From the NCBI GenBank assembly GCA_963674965.2, contig CAXXFL010000004.1, positions 352,001 to 416,000 on the forward strand: a stretch of DNA of 64,000 bases, given 5' to 3'. Position numbers and translations under genes: made by a program. The notes under the pieces are model-generated. The model had not been told where the DNA came from. It did no database searches and saw nothing but the letters and a program-made list of their open reading frames with translations. Numbering within the stretch: the stretch's first letter is position 1; each line of letters starts with the position of its first letter. The DNA is from a bacterium (lineage in GTDB: Bacteria; RBG-13-61-14; DATKZS01). Shown here piece by piece: positions 45,615 to 57,331 of the stretch.

Positions 45615-48041
45615 TCAGGGGTTTAACCCCGACACGGCAACGGGCTCGATCGAAAAGGCGGCCGCCGGCTCCGCCTGGCCGAACAGATATTTGCTCGAGT
45701 GTCCCCAGCACTTGACCGAGCCGTCCGAGATGGCCGCGCACGCGTGGAACTCGCCCGCGGAGATGGACACGGCCCCTTCCACGCCGCCGATTTCCACCGG
45801 CGTGGATACTATATCGAGGAGTTGTACTCCCTCCCCCGACGGAGAAGTCTGGCCTTCGGCGTTTTGGCCCCAGCAACGGACCGTCGAGTCTCCCATGAGC
45901 GCGCAGGTATGATTGAGGCCCGCGTCGATATCCACGGCCCCGCTTATGCCGACCACCGCCTGGGGGTCGGGCGAAGAATAATCACCCCACCAGTAATCCT
46001 CCCAATTGTACGAGGTTTCTCCATTTCCAAGCTGGCCCCAGTTATTGTATCCCCAACAGAAAACCGAGCCGCCCTCCAGAAGAGCGCAGGAATGGAAATA
46101 GCCCGCGGCCACCCGGGACGCGTTTTCGATCGATGACAAAATACAGGGTTTCTTAACGTCACAGGTGGAAGTGGAACTGACCTTGTATCCCCAGTCGGAC
46201 CCCCAACAGGCCACCGACCCTCCGGCCAGGACCGCGCAGGTATGGGTAATTCCCGCGTCCACGTCGATGGCGGCCGGCAGTCCCGTGGGTATCACGGGGA
46301 TATTCGAGGCGTAGTAATAATAACCCCATGGCCATTCGTATAACTCATATCCCCCGCTTCTTCCGTTTCCGAGTTGGCCGTTACGATTGCTCCCCCAGCA
46401 GAGAACCGATCCTCCGTCCATGAGGGCGCAGGAGTGCATGAACCCGGCGCTGACCTGGTAGGCGTCCGACAGGCCCGAGACGAACACGGGCGTCTTGGTG
46501 GCCGGCGCGGCCGTGTCGCCGTCGCCCAGGACGCCCAGGTAATTCGGGCCCCAGCAGGCCACCGAGCCCGAGTCCAGCACGGCGCAGGCGTGGATCATGC
46601 CCGCCGAGGCGTCTATTGCCGGACCCAACCCGGACGGGGTGATGGGAGTATGGGAGCTTACGGTCACGCCGTCGCCCAACTGGGCCTTCTTGCCCCATCC
46701 CCAGCAGAGCACGGAGCCGCCGTCAAGCAAGGCGCAGTTATGGTCGAACCCGGCGGAGATCGAGGCGACGCCCGAGGGAGGAAGCACGGTCGTGGGCGTC
46801 CGTATTACGGCCGGGTCCGTTGCCGCCCCCAGTTGGTTAAGGAGGTTGTTGCCCCAGCAAAGGATCGAGCCGCCGTCAACAACGGCGCAGGTATGGGTGT
46901 ATCCACCCGCGGCCTTTTGGGCCGCTTTGGTGAGTCCCGGCTTTCGAACGGGGGAGAGAGCGTATCCGCCCAGGTCGTTACCCAGGGCATATTCGAAGTT
47001 ATTGCCCCAGCACTCGATCGATCCGCCCTCCAGCACGGCGCAGACGTGATATTCGCCCGAGGCTATCTCGGCGGCGGGAGCGGACTGGCCGGCCGGCGTG
47101 GGCGAGGTCGAGTAGGAATGGGTCCCGTTTCCAAGTTGGCCGTATTCGCCGTCGCCCCAGCAGGTGATGGACCCGCCCTCGAGCAGAGCGCAGCTATGCC
47201 ACGCCCCGACGCTGAGGGCCGCGGCGTTGGACACGTTAGCCACGTTCACCGGATAGGGGGAGTCGGCGGTGCTCCCGTCCCCAAGCTGGCCGCCGCGAAA
47301 ATGCTCGACGCAGGGATTGCCGCAGCAGCAATCGAAGTAATGTTTCCTGGTATTAGAACCCCAGCACTTGATATCGTTGTTCTCGAGGATGGCGCAGGAG
47401 TGTCTGAGCCCAAGGGATACGCCTACCGCGTTATTGATGCCCAGGACGTTTACCGGGGTCGCGGAGTCCTGGGTGGTCCCGTCTCCCAACTGGCCATAAC
47501 CGTTATAGCCCCAGCAATAGACCGAGCCTCCCTCGATGACCGCGCAGGAATGAGAGCCCGGGGCGTATTCGTCATCTTCGTAATCATACATTTGTTGGCT
47601 CCATAGCCCCGCGTCCACGTCGATAACGGCGGTCAGGCCCGCGACCGTGACGGCGACGCTCGAGCTCGAGGTGGTCCCGTCCCCCAGTTCTCCCCGGTAG
47701 TTGGCGCCCCAGCATTTGGCCTTGCCCGAGTCCACCGCGCAGGAGTGGAAGCCGCCCAGCCCCAGGGACGTGACGTTCGCCAGGCCGCTTGCCTTGACGG
47801 CGGACTGGCGGGGAAGTTCGGTCCCGTCCCCCAACTGGCCGGCCTCGTTGTGGCCCCAGCACTTGACCGACCCGCCGTCCACGATGGCGCAGGAGTGGAA
47901 GGCCCCCGCGTCCAGGTCTTTTGCCTTGTGCTCGAGCTTGGGCGCGCTGATACTGAACGTACAGTCGGGAGAGGAAAATCCTCCCAGTCCGAGAGTTACA
48001 CATGCCAGCCCCATTAGCTGGATGATTCTCAATCGCTTCAT
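45615..48041 (-). CDS. Secreted RCC1-repeat (BLIP-II-like) beta-propeller protein
   Basis: About 14 repeats of G..HSCA...GGSV.CWG.N..GQLGDG; signal peptide; AGGAGG RBS. Confidence 0.92.
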   Translation of the reverse strand: MKRLRIIQLMGLACVTLGLGGFSSPDCTFSISAPKLEHKAKDLDAGAFHSCAIVDGGSVKCWGHNEAGQLGDGTELPRQSAVKASGLANVTSLGLGGFHSCAVDSGKAKCWGANYRGELGDGTTSSSSVAVTVAGLTAVIDVDAGLWSQQMYDYEDDEYAPGSHSCAVIEGGSVYCWGYNGYGQLGDGTTQDSATPVNVLGINNAVGVSLGLRHSCAILENNDIKCWGSNTRKHYFDCCCGNPCVEHFRGGQLGDGSTADSPYPVNVANVSNAAALSVGAWHSCALLEGGSITCWGDGEYGQLGNGTHSYSTSPTPAGQSAPAAEIASGEYHVCAVLEGGSIECWGNNFEYALGNDLGGYALSPVRKPGLTKAAQKAAGGYTHTCAVVDGGSILCWGNNLLNQLGAATDPAVIRTPTTVLPPSGVASISAGFDHNCALLDGGSVLCWGWGKKAQLGDGVTVSSHTPITPSGLGPAIDASAGMIHACAVLDSGSVACWGPNYLGVLGDGDTAAPATKTPVFVSGLSDAYQVSAGFMHSCALMDGGSVLCWGSNRNGQLGNGRSGGYELYEWPWGYYYYASNIPVIPTGLPAAIDVDAGITHTCAVLAGGSVACWGSDWGYKVSSTSTCDVKKPCILSSIENASRVAAGYFHSCALLEGGSVFCWGYNNWGQLGNGETSYNWEDYWWGDYSSPDPQAVVGISGAVDIDAGLNHTCALMGDSTVRCWGQNAEGQTSPSGEGVQLLDIVSTPVEIGGVEGAVSISAGEFHACAAISDGSVKCWGHSSKYLFGQAEPAAAFSIEPVAVSGLNP

Positions 48042-48390
48042 AATCCCTCCTCCTTTACGGTATGGCGCTTTAAGTTGGCGATCGGAACTTTTGTCGCGCT
48101 TACAAGATTGCGCAATTTATTGCCGTTGGCCTCATCTTCAATCCGTGCCATTGAATCCTCTTTTAAAGAGTACTTTCCCCATTTGATCAGGATGCGAGCC
48201 GGGCCTAAAAAAGGCCGCAATCTAGAAGCACCCACCAATAAAGCAACCTTTATGCCGGGAGGCGATTTTTTCCGGAAAAAGTTGAAAAGGGAAAAATCGA
48301 AAAAAGTATTCAGTCGCTATTACAACGGGATATATGCTATTTTTTCTTTTGGCCCGTTTCTTGATAGGCGAAATTTCAATAACCTGAAAA

Positions 48391-48468
48391 GTGACGTTTT
48401 TTGTCACAAATTTTGGGGTTGGCCGACAAAAATCGTCAGCGCTCTGAGGTGGTGACAAAAATTGTCAC
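48391..48468. promoter_or_regulatory. Three tandem dyad operator-like sites (T/C)GAC-N7-GTCA
   Basis: GTGAC-gtttttt-GTCAC (48391), CCGAC-aaaaatc-GTCAG (48423), GTGAC-aaaaatt-GTCAC (48452). Confidence 0.6.
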
Positions 48469-48528
48469 CTTGTAAATGCTTGAAATATGGGGGAAAACGA
48501 AATAATCGTGCCGAAGCCTGGTGGGTGG

Positions 48529-49699
<1,171 letters not shown>

Positions 49700-49700
49700 G

Positions 49701-49737
49701 AAAAAGAAGGCGGAGAAAGTATCCAATCTCCGCCTTG
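49701..49737 (-). terminator. Rho-independent terminator; IIC intron target
   Basis: Minus strand AAGGCGGAGA-ttggatactt-TCTCCGCCTT-CTTTTT, then C and the intron GTGCG. Confidence 0.85.
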
Positions 49738-49754
49738 TTCCATCGGTCTCGATC

Positions 49755-51593
49755 CTACATTTTTTTGAAGCCTCCGCCCTCGCAGGGAATCCACACGTGC
49801 ACTCCGTCAAAGGCGGGCATTCGCGGCGTGGTACAGGTTGGGAAAGGCTGGGGATTTATGGTCCCGTCTATCGTCCTGATCTTGAAGACGATATTAGTCG
49901 TGGAGTCCGTCACCCAGACGTTGGACCCGTCGAAAACCACCCCATAAGGGTTGGTGGTGAAGGCCAAGGTCTGGAGTATGGCGCCGTCGGTTTCTCTTAC
50001 CTTGAAGATGGAGTTTGACGACCCGCCGGCTATCCACATGTTCTGACCGTCAAAGGCTATGCCCTGCGCGGGAGCGGACAGGTTATAATAGTTGAAGACG
50101 CCGACGTTGTTTTTATCGTAGACGTAAACGTTCATACTGCCGGGACAGGTGACCCATACCCGGTCGTAGGAACAGGCGCACCACAGCGGCGTCGCTCCCG
50201 AGGGGAGGGTGGCAAAAACGGAACTGGTTGTTGGATCGACGACGCTGACCGATCCCGTCCCGTAATTGGCCACCCATAAATACCTTCCGTCAAAGCATAC
50301 TCCCATTGGCTGATTGCCCACGGCGACGGAAGACCCGGTCGTAATGTTTCTGATGTAATTACTGCTTCTGGCGGCGGCCCAAAAGTATTGCCCGTCGCAG
50401 GCTATTCCCGTGAGGTTGTTTCCCACTCCGCCAATCAAGCCGCCGGTGGCCATGTCAAGGGTGGTTTTATAGGCGCCGTTGCCGGTGAATTGCGTGAGCG
50501 CCACGGAGTTGGCCCCGTCGTAGGCGGCGGCGAAATATCCTCCTCCCGGCGAGGCCGAGGTCACAAGGTTGGCCTCGTGCCACTTGAGGGCGCCGATTTG
50601 CTTTTTTGTCCTTCTGTCCTGGGAAATGGCGCTGACGCCCAGGCCTCCCTCGACGAAGGCGTTGCCGTTCGAGAACACCCCGTACGCGTCGGGAGAATCG
50701 ACGCTTCCGTAGACCCCATAGTGGGTCCCGTCTTCGCCCATGGCCCTTCCATACACGCCGTATCGGGTCCCCGATCCGTCGTCCCAGGCCAGGAAGTATC
50801 CTCCCGCGGCGTCCCCGGTCCCGTAGTTATGGGCTATTCCCATCACGGCCCGGGAGGGCGAGGCGCCGTGGGCGCTCGAGGATGCCGAGGCGCCGATGGC
50901 GGTGGCGGATGAGGACGCGCTGAAGTCTCCGCCTATCCTGGTGGAGGTGGCGGCGGTGTTGCCCGCTTGGCCGTAAACGCCGCTTATGGGCATGGCCAGG
51001 GCCCCCACCGTCGAGTCGGTCGCCCCCTGGTTTACCCCGTACAAGGCGAACTGATCGCCGGTAACGTAGGCCCCATAAGTGGGAACGTTGGTGTTGGAAT
51101 AAAGGATGCCGAAGGACCCGCCCGCCTGATGATTCACGAGCAGGGCCCCATGCAGCTCAAGGTCGCCGGTGACCGTGTCGCCGGAGTTCAACACGTAGTC
51201 GTCTCCCGCGAGCCCGGCGGCGGAGAAGGCGTAAGGCGCCGTAACCATGGGCTGGCGAGGGGAAAGGGTCTCGCCGTCCACCGCCACCTCCAGCCAGGCC
51301 TTGCCCGAGGAGAAAACCGGAGAACTGAGGGAAGAGGCGTCTCCCAGGTTGACCTCGTAAAGCCCGTTGGTCACGGCCACGTCCTCTTGGGTTTCGGACC
51401 AAAGCAAGGTCCCACCAGATTGAGAAGCGTAGATCGCAAAGGACATGTCAACCGTGGCCGCCGTTAGCGGAGCGCCGGAGGAATCGAAAAGACGCCCCTG
51501 GTAGCCGATCTTGCCGGGTACGGACTGGGAAAAAGCGGCGGCCGCGATAATAAGCGAGCCGAAGGCCGTTAAAAGGATTGCTTTTAGCTTCAT
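49755..51593 (-). CDS. Secreted fibre/adhesin-like protein with a C-terminal YncE-like beta-propeller
   Basis: Signal peptide; VPGKIGYQGRL.DSSG.P..LWSE..V..GLY.V.LG..PYA N-domain; YGVYG repeats; FDG..WV blades. Confidence 0.75.
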   Translation of the reverse strand: MKLKAILLTAFGSLIIAAAAFSQSVPGKIGYQGRLFDSSGAPLTAATVDMSFAIYASQSGGTLLWSETQEDVAVTNGLYEVNLGDASSLSSPVFSSGKAWLEVAVDGETLSPRQPMVTAPYAFSAAGLAGDDYVLNSGDTVTGDLELHGALLVNHQAGGSFGILYSNTNVPTYGAYVTGDQFALYGVNQGATDSTVGALAMPISGVYGQAGNTAATSTRIGGDFSASSSATAIGASASSSAHGASPSRAVMGIAHNYGTGDAAGGYFLAWDDGSGTRYGVYGRAMGEDGTHYGVYGSVDSPDAYGVFSNGNAFVEGGLGVSAISQDRRTKKQIGALKWHEANLVTSASPGGGYFAAAYDGANSVALTQFTGNGAYKTTLDMATGGLIGGVGNNLTGIACDGQYFWAAARSSNYIRNITTGSSVAVGNQPMGVCFDGRYLWVANYGTGSVSVVDPTTSSVFATLPSGATPLWCACSYDRVWVTCPGSMNVYVYDKNNVGVFNYYNLSAPAQGIAFDGQNMWIAGGSSNSIFKVRETDGAILQTLAFTTNPYGVVFDGSNVWVTDSTTNIVFKIRTIDGTINPQPFPTCTTPRMPAFDGVHVWIPCEGGGFKKM

Positions 51594-51816
51594 GGGACGT
51601 CCTCCTTGGAAAAGTGGAAAAAGTCAGGTTCGATTTTCGCTCGCGTTTATCATAGCAAAAATTGTACTATCTTGTAAAAAAACGCGCGTGAAGATCGAAT
51701 TGTCCAGCTAGACGAACAGGCGGCTTATAGGTCAAAACTTCAAAGTTCCGTTTCGTTGTCGCAATCAAGCGGCTTGGCGTAGTATAATACATGGGCCTGA
51801 TATTAAGGAAGGAGCA

Positions 51817-52737
51817 ATGGTTATGATCGTGAAAAAGATATCGTTGGTTCTGGTGGCGGCCTTGGCCCTTTTCGTTTCATCTTGCGAGACCCGGCAGGAA
51901 TCGATAGACCGAGAGAATCGATACATATCCGAGCATCCGCCCGAGGACGTGGCAAAATATTATCGGGACGTGACCTACGCCGAGGTGGCGGGAGAGAAAT
52001 TAACCCTGGACGTTAGCGTTCCCGATGGTGAAGGACCTTTCCCCGTTCTTATGATCATTCACGGCGGCGGCTGGAGCATGCATACGAACACCATCATGGA
52101 GGGCATGGCCAGGTATATTACCAACCGGGGATACGTTGTTTTCAACGTGAATTACCGCGTTTTGCCCAACGTTGACATGAAGACCATCGTGGAGGACTGC
52201 CTGGGGGCCCTTCTTTGGGTCAAGGACCACGCCTCGGAATACAAGGGCGATTCCACCAGGGTGGCGGTTACGGGAGACAGCGCCGGCGGCCATTTAACGG
52301 CCATGCTGGTAACTCAGGCGGAGGACCCGGCCTTCAAGCCCACCTATTCGAGCGCGACAAAAGATTTCTCGCTCACTTGCGCCGTGCCGACCTATGGCAT
52401 CTACGACTTTATCGGCCTTAGCAGGCTTTCGCCCGGGATCGCCAAATCCTTCCTTGGGGCCGGCTACAAGGAAAACCCTGAGCTTTATCGTCTGTTATCG
52501 CCTTACTATCACGTCAGGAAGGACCTGGCTCCCCAACTGGTAATGGTCGGGACCGCTGATTTCCTCTATTCGGAAAATATCAAGTACGTGAAGGCCCTGG
52601 AAAAGGCCGGCGCTCCGGTCGAGCTTTGGAAATATCCCGGCAAGCCTCACGCGTTTTTAAACGAATACTGGAACGATAACGGCAGGAAAGGATACGACCG
52701 CATGGTCGAGTTCCTCGACAAGCACATGAAACAATAA
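51817..52737 (+). CDS. HSL-family esterase/lipase, lipoprotein
   Basis: VSSC lipobox, IHGGGW, GDSAGG, PHAF. Confidence 0.9.
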   Translation: MVMIVKKISLVLVAALALFVSSCETRQESIDRENRYISEHPPEDVAKYYRDVTYAEVAGEKLTLDVSVPDGEGPFPVLMIIHGGGWSMHTNTIMEGMARYITNRGYVVFNVNYRVLPNVDMKTIVEDCLGALLWVKDHASEYKGDSTRVAVTGDSAGGHLTAMLVTQAEDPAFKPTYSSATKDFSLTCAVPTYGIYDFIGLSRLSPGIAKSFLGAGYKENPELYRLLSPYYHVRKDLAPQLVMVGTADFLYSENIKYVKALEKAGAPVELWKYPGKPHAFLNEYWNDNGRKGYDRMVEFLDKHMKQ

Positions 52738-52751
52738 CCGGTTAGGGTCGT

Positions 52752-53666
52752 TTAGAATATCGAGTCGGGCACGGTGATGACGTCTCCGGGTTTAAGAGGG
52801 ATATCTTCTCTTCTGCCTTTTCTTACGTCTTTTAATCTTACTTTTATTATCGTAGTGCTTCCATCCGGTTCTTTCCTTGTGATAGTCGATCGGTTGGGAG
52901 CGGACACGTCGGAGAAGCCTCCAGCTCTAATAACGGCCTTAAGCGCGGTCATGCCTTCAAGGTAGGCGATTTCCTGGGGGGAGTTAACGGCTCCCTGCAC
53001 GTATATGTAGTTAATGTCCTTTTTGGGCAATATCACTACCAGGTCGTTTGGCATAATGGTTAAATTCTGGGAAATGTCTCCCATTTCATAAAGCTTGGAA
53101 AGGCTTGCAAGCTCGTAATTTTTTTGATCAGCGCCATCATCCAAGTTATCGGTTATCTTCTCTGGCGGTTGACTTTTTCCAGAGCCGGTCGCCAAGGCCC
53201 CTCCCCGGAAAACTTTTGCCTCGTCTCCAAAGTTATCCGTGGGTCCTCCGGCCATGGCAATCAGGTTAAGTAAGGTGATTGAATTGGTTTCCAGCGCGTA
53301 ACTGCCAGGATGGTTGACCGCGCCGATAATAGTGACCGTTTTCGATTTGTACTGCGTCACTCGAAGCTGCACCACGGGGTTTTTCAAATAGCCGTCCGCC
53401 AGCCTCTCGACTATTTTCCGTCTGGCTTGGATAACCGTGAGCCCGCCGATTTTAACTTCTCCGGCGAAAAAGACGACTATGGTCCCGTCGCTTGAGACTT
53501 CTCTATCCCCGTCGATATTCTCCGTTCCCCAAACGCGAAGGTTAACCACGTCACCCGGCCCGATGACGTAATCATCCCGCGTCGGCGCGGCGGCATGAAG
53601 AACAATAGGCGCTCCCACCAGCAAAACCAGAAGGAGCGCCAAAAAGACTGGCAACTTATTTTTCAT
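52752..53666 (-). CDS. Polysaccharide export OPX/Wza-family protein (Poly_export plus SLBB)
   Basis: DYVIGPGDV, DGTI, YLKNPVV, GAV..PG, AGG, L.PGDVITVP.S.F end. Confidence 0.9.
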   Translation of the reverse strand: MKNKLPVFLALLLVLLVGAPIVLHAAAPTRDDYVIGPGDVVNLRVWGTENIDGDREVSSDGTIVVFFAGEVKIGGLTVIQARRKIVERLADGYLKNPVVQLRVTQYKSKTVTIIGAVNHPGSYALETNSITLLNLIAMAGGPTDNFGDEAKVFRGGALATGSGKSQPPEKITDNLDDGADQKNYELASLSKLYEMGDISQNLTIMPNDLVVILPKKDINYIYVQGAVNSPQEIAYLEGMTALKAVIRAGGFSDVSAPNRSTITRKEPDGSTTIIKVRLKDVRKGRREDIPLKPGDVITVPDSIF

Positions 53667-53694
53667 TTTTCGACCTGAGAAGATATATAGTTTG

Positions 53695-55104
53695 TCACTT
53701 TCCTATTAAAATCGTCGGCAACACCTGCACCTGGAAATAGAAATAATTAATAGTGGAATCGTATGATTGCACATTGGCGCCGGGAATGGACGCGTAGATA
53801 TCATTGTAAGCCTCGGGACTATCGAGGTTAGAATCTCTCAACTGATACCTGTATCCGCCCTCGATGGAAAGCGTTCCCTGGCCTCCCTTTTGAAGGATAT
53901 CGTAATGGGCGATCGCCTCGAGTCTGGTGTTACGGTCTATCCGGTCCTCATCCCACATCCATTCCTTGTTGTTTTTCTCCATGTCATAGGTGGCCTGGCG
54001 ATAGTCGGCGATAAATTGCAAATTTATTTTCGGGGTCACGAAATAGGTCACTCTTCCGTTACCGCTGGTGTAAACGAAGAAAAGGTCCTGGCCATAGGTG
54101 CTTATTCCCTGAGTTCCCCTCAGGCTGATCTCTACTTTTTTCGATAACGTATACTGGTAGAGAAGTGAAGCCAAGGGATCGGCCATATCCTCGATATCGT
54201 TCCTGGTCGTGCCCGCCGGCCAAGGCGCCGGCAGTGGAATGGGGGTAACGTCACTATAATTCCTCCAGCCGTATCCTCCCAGGACCTCGATGCTCGAATT
54301 CGAGTCTATTTTATACCTCAATCCGATCATGGCCTGTATTCTGTCGAAGTCCACATAGTCCACATTATCGACTTCCTCTATCACGTTGGTGGAGTACTGA
54401 GCGTCGATAATGCCCGTGGTTTTTCCCGTGAAGTCTATTTCGTTTCTGACTATCCCGTTATGGGAATATGAATCGGACGGCCGCGAAACGTTTTCGGCTT
54501 CCGGGTCAGAAAAGATTAAGGTGGCGTACTGGTATTCAAGAAGGGTCCTTACCTTGCCCATGGGATTGAATTTGACCGAAGCGGAAGCCAGGTTGTTGGT
54601 GTACAATGACCAGTATCCTATCGCGTCGGTGTTTTCGCCGAAGACTTTCTCCAGACTCCTGGTCTGGGTTATCTCGTCTCGAAGAGAAAACATGACGTTC
54701 CGGCCGGAATAACTGTAAATGACGTTGCCGCTGATGGTGAAAAAGTCGTAATCGGAAACGTTCACGTTCGCCGTGTCCGAGTCCATGACCCATCCATCCA
54801 TGCTGATGAACTGCTCGTATCCGGCGTCCCCGCCCACGGAAATCCTGCTCCTCCCGTCCTGATAGACGAACGTGATGCCCACCAGATAATCCAGATAGGA
54901 GGCGGACACCGGATCCATGTTCGCCGCGTCAAGCTCGTCCAGGTCCTGGCCGTACATGTTGTCGTTGTAGTTGTACTTAACGCTGATCCTGGGCGTCATC
55001 TCCAAGGTACCGGCTTTTGCCTGTCCGGCAAAGGTCGTCAACGTCAGCGCCAAGATAAGCGCCAGTAAAACGACCACACTCTTACCCGATGAAATATTTT
55101 GCAT
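53695..55104 (-). CDS. Outer-membrane beta-barrel protein associated with polysaccharide export
   Basis: AGGAG RBS, signal peptide, TPRISV..YNDN start, Tyr-rich alternating strands; directly upstream of OPX. Confidence 0.7.
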   Translation of the reverse strand: MQNISSGKSVVVLLALILALTLTTFAGQAKAGTLEMTPRISVKYNYNDNMYGQDLDELDAANMDPVSASYLDYLVGITFVYQDGRSRISVGGDAGYEQFISMDGWVMDSDTANVNVSDYDFFTISGNVIYSYSGRNVMFSLRDEITQTRSLEKVFGENTDAIGYWSLYTNNLASASVKFNPMGKVRTLLEYQYATLIFSDPEAENVSRPSDSYSHNGIVRNEIDFTGKTTGIIDAQYSTNVIEEVDNVDYVDFDRIQAMIGLRYKIDSNSSIEVLGGYGWRNYSDVTPIPLPAPWPAGTTRNDIEDMADPLASLLYQYTLSKKVEISLRGTQGISTYGQDLFFVYTSGNGRVTYFVTPKINLQFIADYRQATYDMEKNNKEWMWDEDRIDRNTRLEAIAHYDILQKGGQGTLSIEGGYRYQLRDSNLDSPEAYNDIYASIPGANVQSYDSTINYFYFQVQVLPTILIGK

Positions 55105-55667
55105 GGCATAGCTCCTGATCACCTTCAACCCTCCATCGCCATTACGTTGGACCTCGTTTTTGGAAATGGTCATCGACCCCAACCGTTGACCGCCGTACGC
55201 CAAGGCTTCCGGTGTCGGCTCGGGACTCTTTTCCAAAAGTTCCGCAAACGATGTCTTCCCTGTTTGACGCCCCTTTTAAATGATTACAAGGTTATCTCAT
55301 GGAACGAATTTTGTAAATTCCATGTAACCTTGGGCCGGTTCCTGCCAAGTATTTTCATCTAACGGCTTCACCGGCCTGCCGGCCTGATTCTAATCTTTGT
55401 CGCTTTGTGATCGATCATACTTACAAATCAATAGCTTGTCAAGCCAGGATCAAATAAAAAATCAATCCTCGTCCCTTTTACGCGTGAACTTCTTTTTATC
55501 AAACCAAATTTACCATGTCAAGTGAAACTTGACGGTGCGCGGTAATTACTCGATCCGGCCGTGGACGGCCAAGTCATGTACAAGATCGTTTCCATCCATC
55601 CCGTTCCCATTGGCCCTTCCGGCAAAGCTTATCTCAAATCATTTTCCATCTTGTCCTGGGGTAGTTT

Positions 55668-55696
55668 TTGACTGTTGCCGCCAATAAATGTATTAT
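55668..55696 (+). promoter_or_regulatory. Sigma-70 promoter, probably giving a leaderless nadB mRNA
   Basis: TTGACT-17 bp-TATTAT, ATG 7 nt downstream, no SD. Confidence 0.5.
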
Positions 55697-55702
55697 TATC
55701 GA

Positions 55703-57328
55703 ATGCTTATTGAAACGGACTACCTGGTGATCGGGACGGGCGTCGGTGGGCTCAGCTTTGCTCTTAAGGCGTCCACTCACGGAAGCGTGGCGCTGGTGAC
55801 CAAGAAGGAAGCCGACGAGTCAAGCACCCGTTACGCTCAGGGCGGCATCGCCTCCGTTCTGGACCACAAGGACTCCTTCGAGTCCCACATCGGGGATACC
55901 CTGGAGGCTGGAGCGGGACTGTGCAATGAGGAAGCGGTAAACATAATCGTCCGGTCCGGCCCCGAGCGCATCAAGGAGTTGATCAGAATAGGGGTGAAGT
56001 TCACTCCTCGCGAGGGAAAAAAGGATGAGTATCATCTTACCAGGGAAGGCGGGCACTCGAACAGGCGCATAATCCATGCCGAGGACCTTACCGGGGCCGA
56101 GGTCGAGCGGGCCTTGATCACGGCTTGCCGTAAAAACAAATCCATCACTTTTTACGAATTCCATACCGCCGTGGATTTGATCACCACCGATAAAGCCAGG
56201 ACAAGGAAGAAACTGAAAAGACGATGCCTGGGGGCATACGTTTTGGACAACGCCGCGGGGGAGGTCCATACCTTCGTGTCCAAGGTGGTGGTGCTGGCCA
56301 CCGGCGGTGCGGGAAAGGTCTACCTTTACACCTCCAACCCCGACGTCGCCACGGGAGACGGGGTGGCCATGGCCTTCAGGGCCGGATGCGACGTGGCGAA
56401 CATGGAGTTCATCCAGTTCCATCCCACTTGTCTTTACCATCCCCTGGCCAAGTCCTTTCTCATCACCGAGGCCATGAGGGGCGAGGGGGCCGTCCTCCGC
56501 AGGATGGACGGCGAGCGCTTCATGAGGAGCTACCACCCCAAGGAGGAACTGGCGCCAAGGGACATCGTGGCTCGGGCCATCGACCATGAGATGAAGGTCA
56601 GGGGCGACGACCACGCGCTCCTGGATATAACCCACAAGTCCTCCGGTTTTATCAAGAAGAGGTTCCCCAACATCTACCGCACCTGCAAGGAGTACGGGGT
56701 CGATATTACAAAGGAGCCCATTCCCGTGGTCCCGGCGGCCCATTATTCATGCGGTGGAGTGGTAACCGATCCCAGCGGCGCGACGGACGTCCCGGGACTT
56801 TACGCCATTGGCGAGACCGCCTGCACCGGTCTTCACGGGGCCAACCGGCTGGCCTCGAACTCCCTGCTCGAGGCCCTGGTCGTGGCCCACAGGGCGGTGG
56901 AGGACTCGGAGGGATTCATCGGAAGGGACAGGCTGAAGATCGGCATACCGGAATGGGACATTGGACACGCCGTGGACTCGGACGAGGTGGTGGTCGTTTC
57001 CCACAACTGGGATGAAATCCGCATGGCCATGTGGAACTACGTGGGGATCGTAAGAACGAACAAGAGACTGGCCCGGGCCCTTAGCCGGATCGGCATGATC
57101 AACCGAGAGATAGACGACTATTACTGGGATTTCCTTTTAACCTCGGACCTTATCGAGCTTCGGAACATCGCCCTCGTGGCCGAGCTCATTATCAGGTCGG
57201 CCATATCCAGAAAGGAAAGCCGGGGCCTCCACTATAACCTCGACTACCGGACGGCGGACGATTCCCTGAAAAAGGACACGCTTATTAACCGTGAAAAGAT
57301 GGGCTGGAAAATCAATTCTCACCAATAA
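55703..57328 (+). CDS. nadB: L-aspartate oxidase
   Basis: [71 protein letters not shown]. Confidence 0.95.
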   Translation: MLIETDYLVIGTGVGGLSFALKASTHGSVALVTKKEADESSTRYAQGGIASVLDHKDSFESHIGDTLEAGAGLCNEEAVNIIVRSGPERIKELIRIGVKFTPREGKKDEYHLTREGGHSNRRIIHAEDLTGAEVERALITACRKNKSITFYEFHTAVDLITTDKARTRKKLKRRCLGAYVLDNAAGEVHTFVSKVVVLATGGAGKVYLYTSNPDVATGDGVAMAFRAGCDVANMEFIQFHPTCLYHPLAKSFLITEAMRGEGAVLRRMDGERFMRSYHPKEELAPRDIVARAIDHEMKVRGDDHALLDITHKSSGFIKKRFPNIYRTCKEYGVDITKEPIPVVPAAHYSCGGVVTDPSGATDVPGLYAIGETACTGLHGANRLASNSLLEALVVAHRAVEDSEGFIGRDRLKIGIPEWDIGHAVDSDEVVVVSHNWDEIRMAMWNYVGIVRTNKRLARALSRIGMINREIDDYYWDFLLTSDLIELRNIALVAELIIRSAISRKESRGLHYNLDYRTADDSLKKDTLINREKMGWKINSHQ

Positions 57329-57331
57329 AAA

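Noticed and set aside
48136-48150. Sigma-54 promoter for the RCC1 gene (TGGCAC on the minus strand)
   Set aside because: No TTGC at the required -12 spacing.
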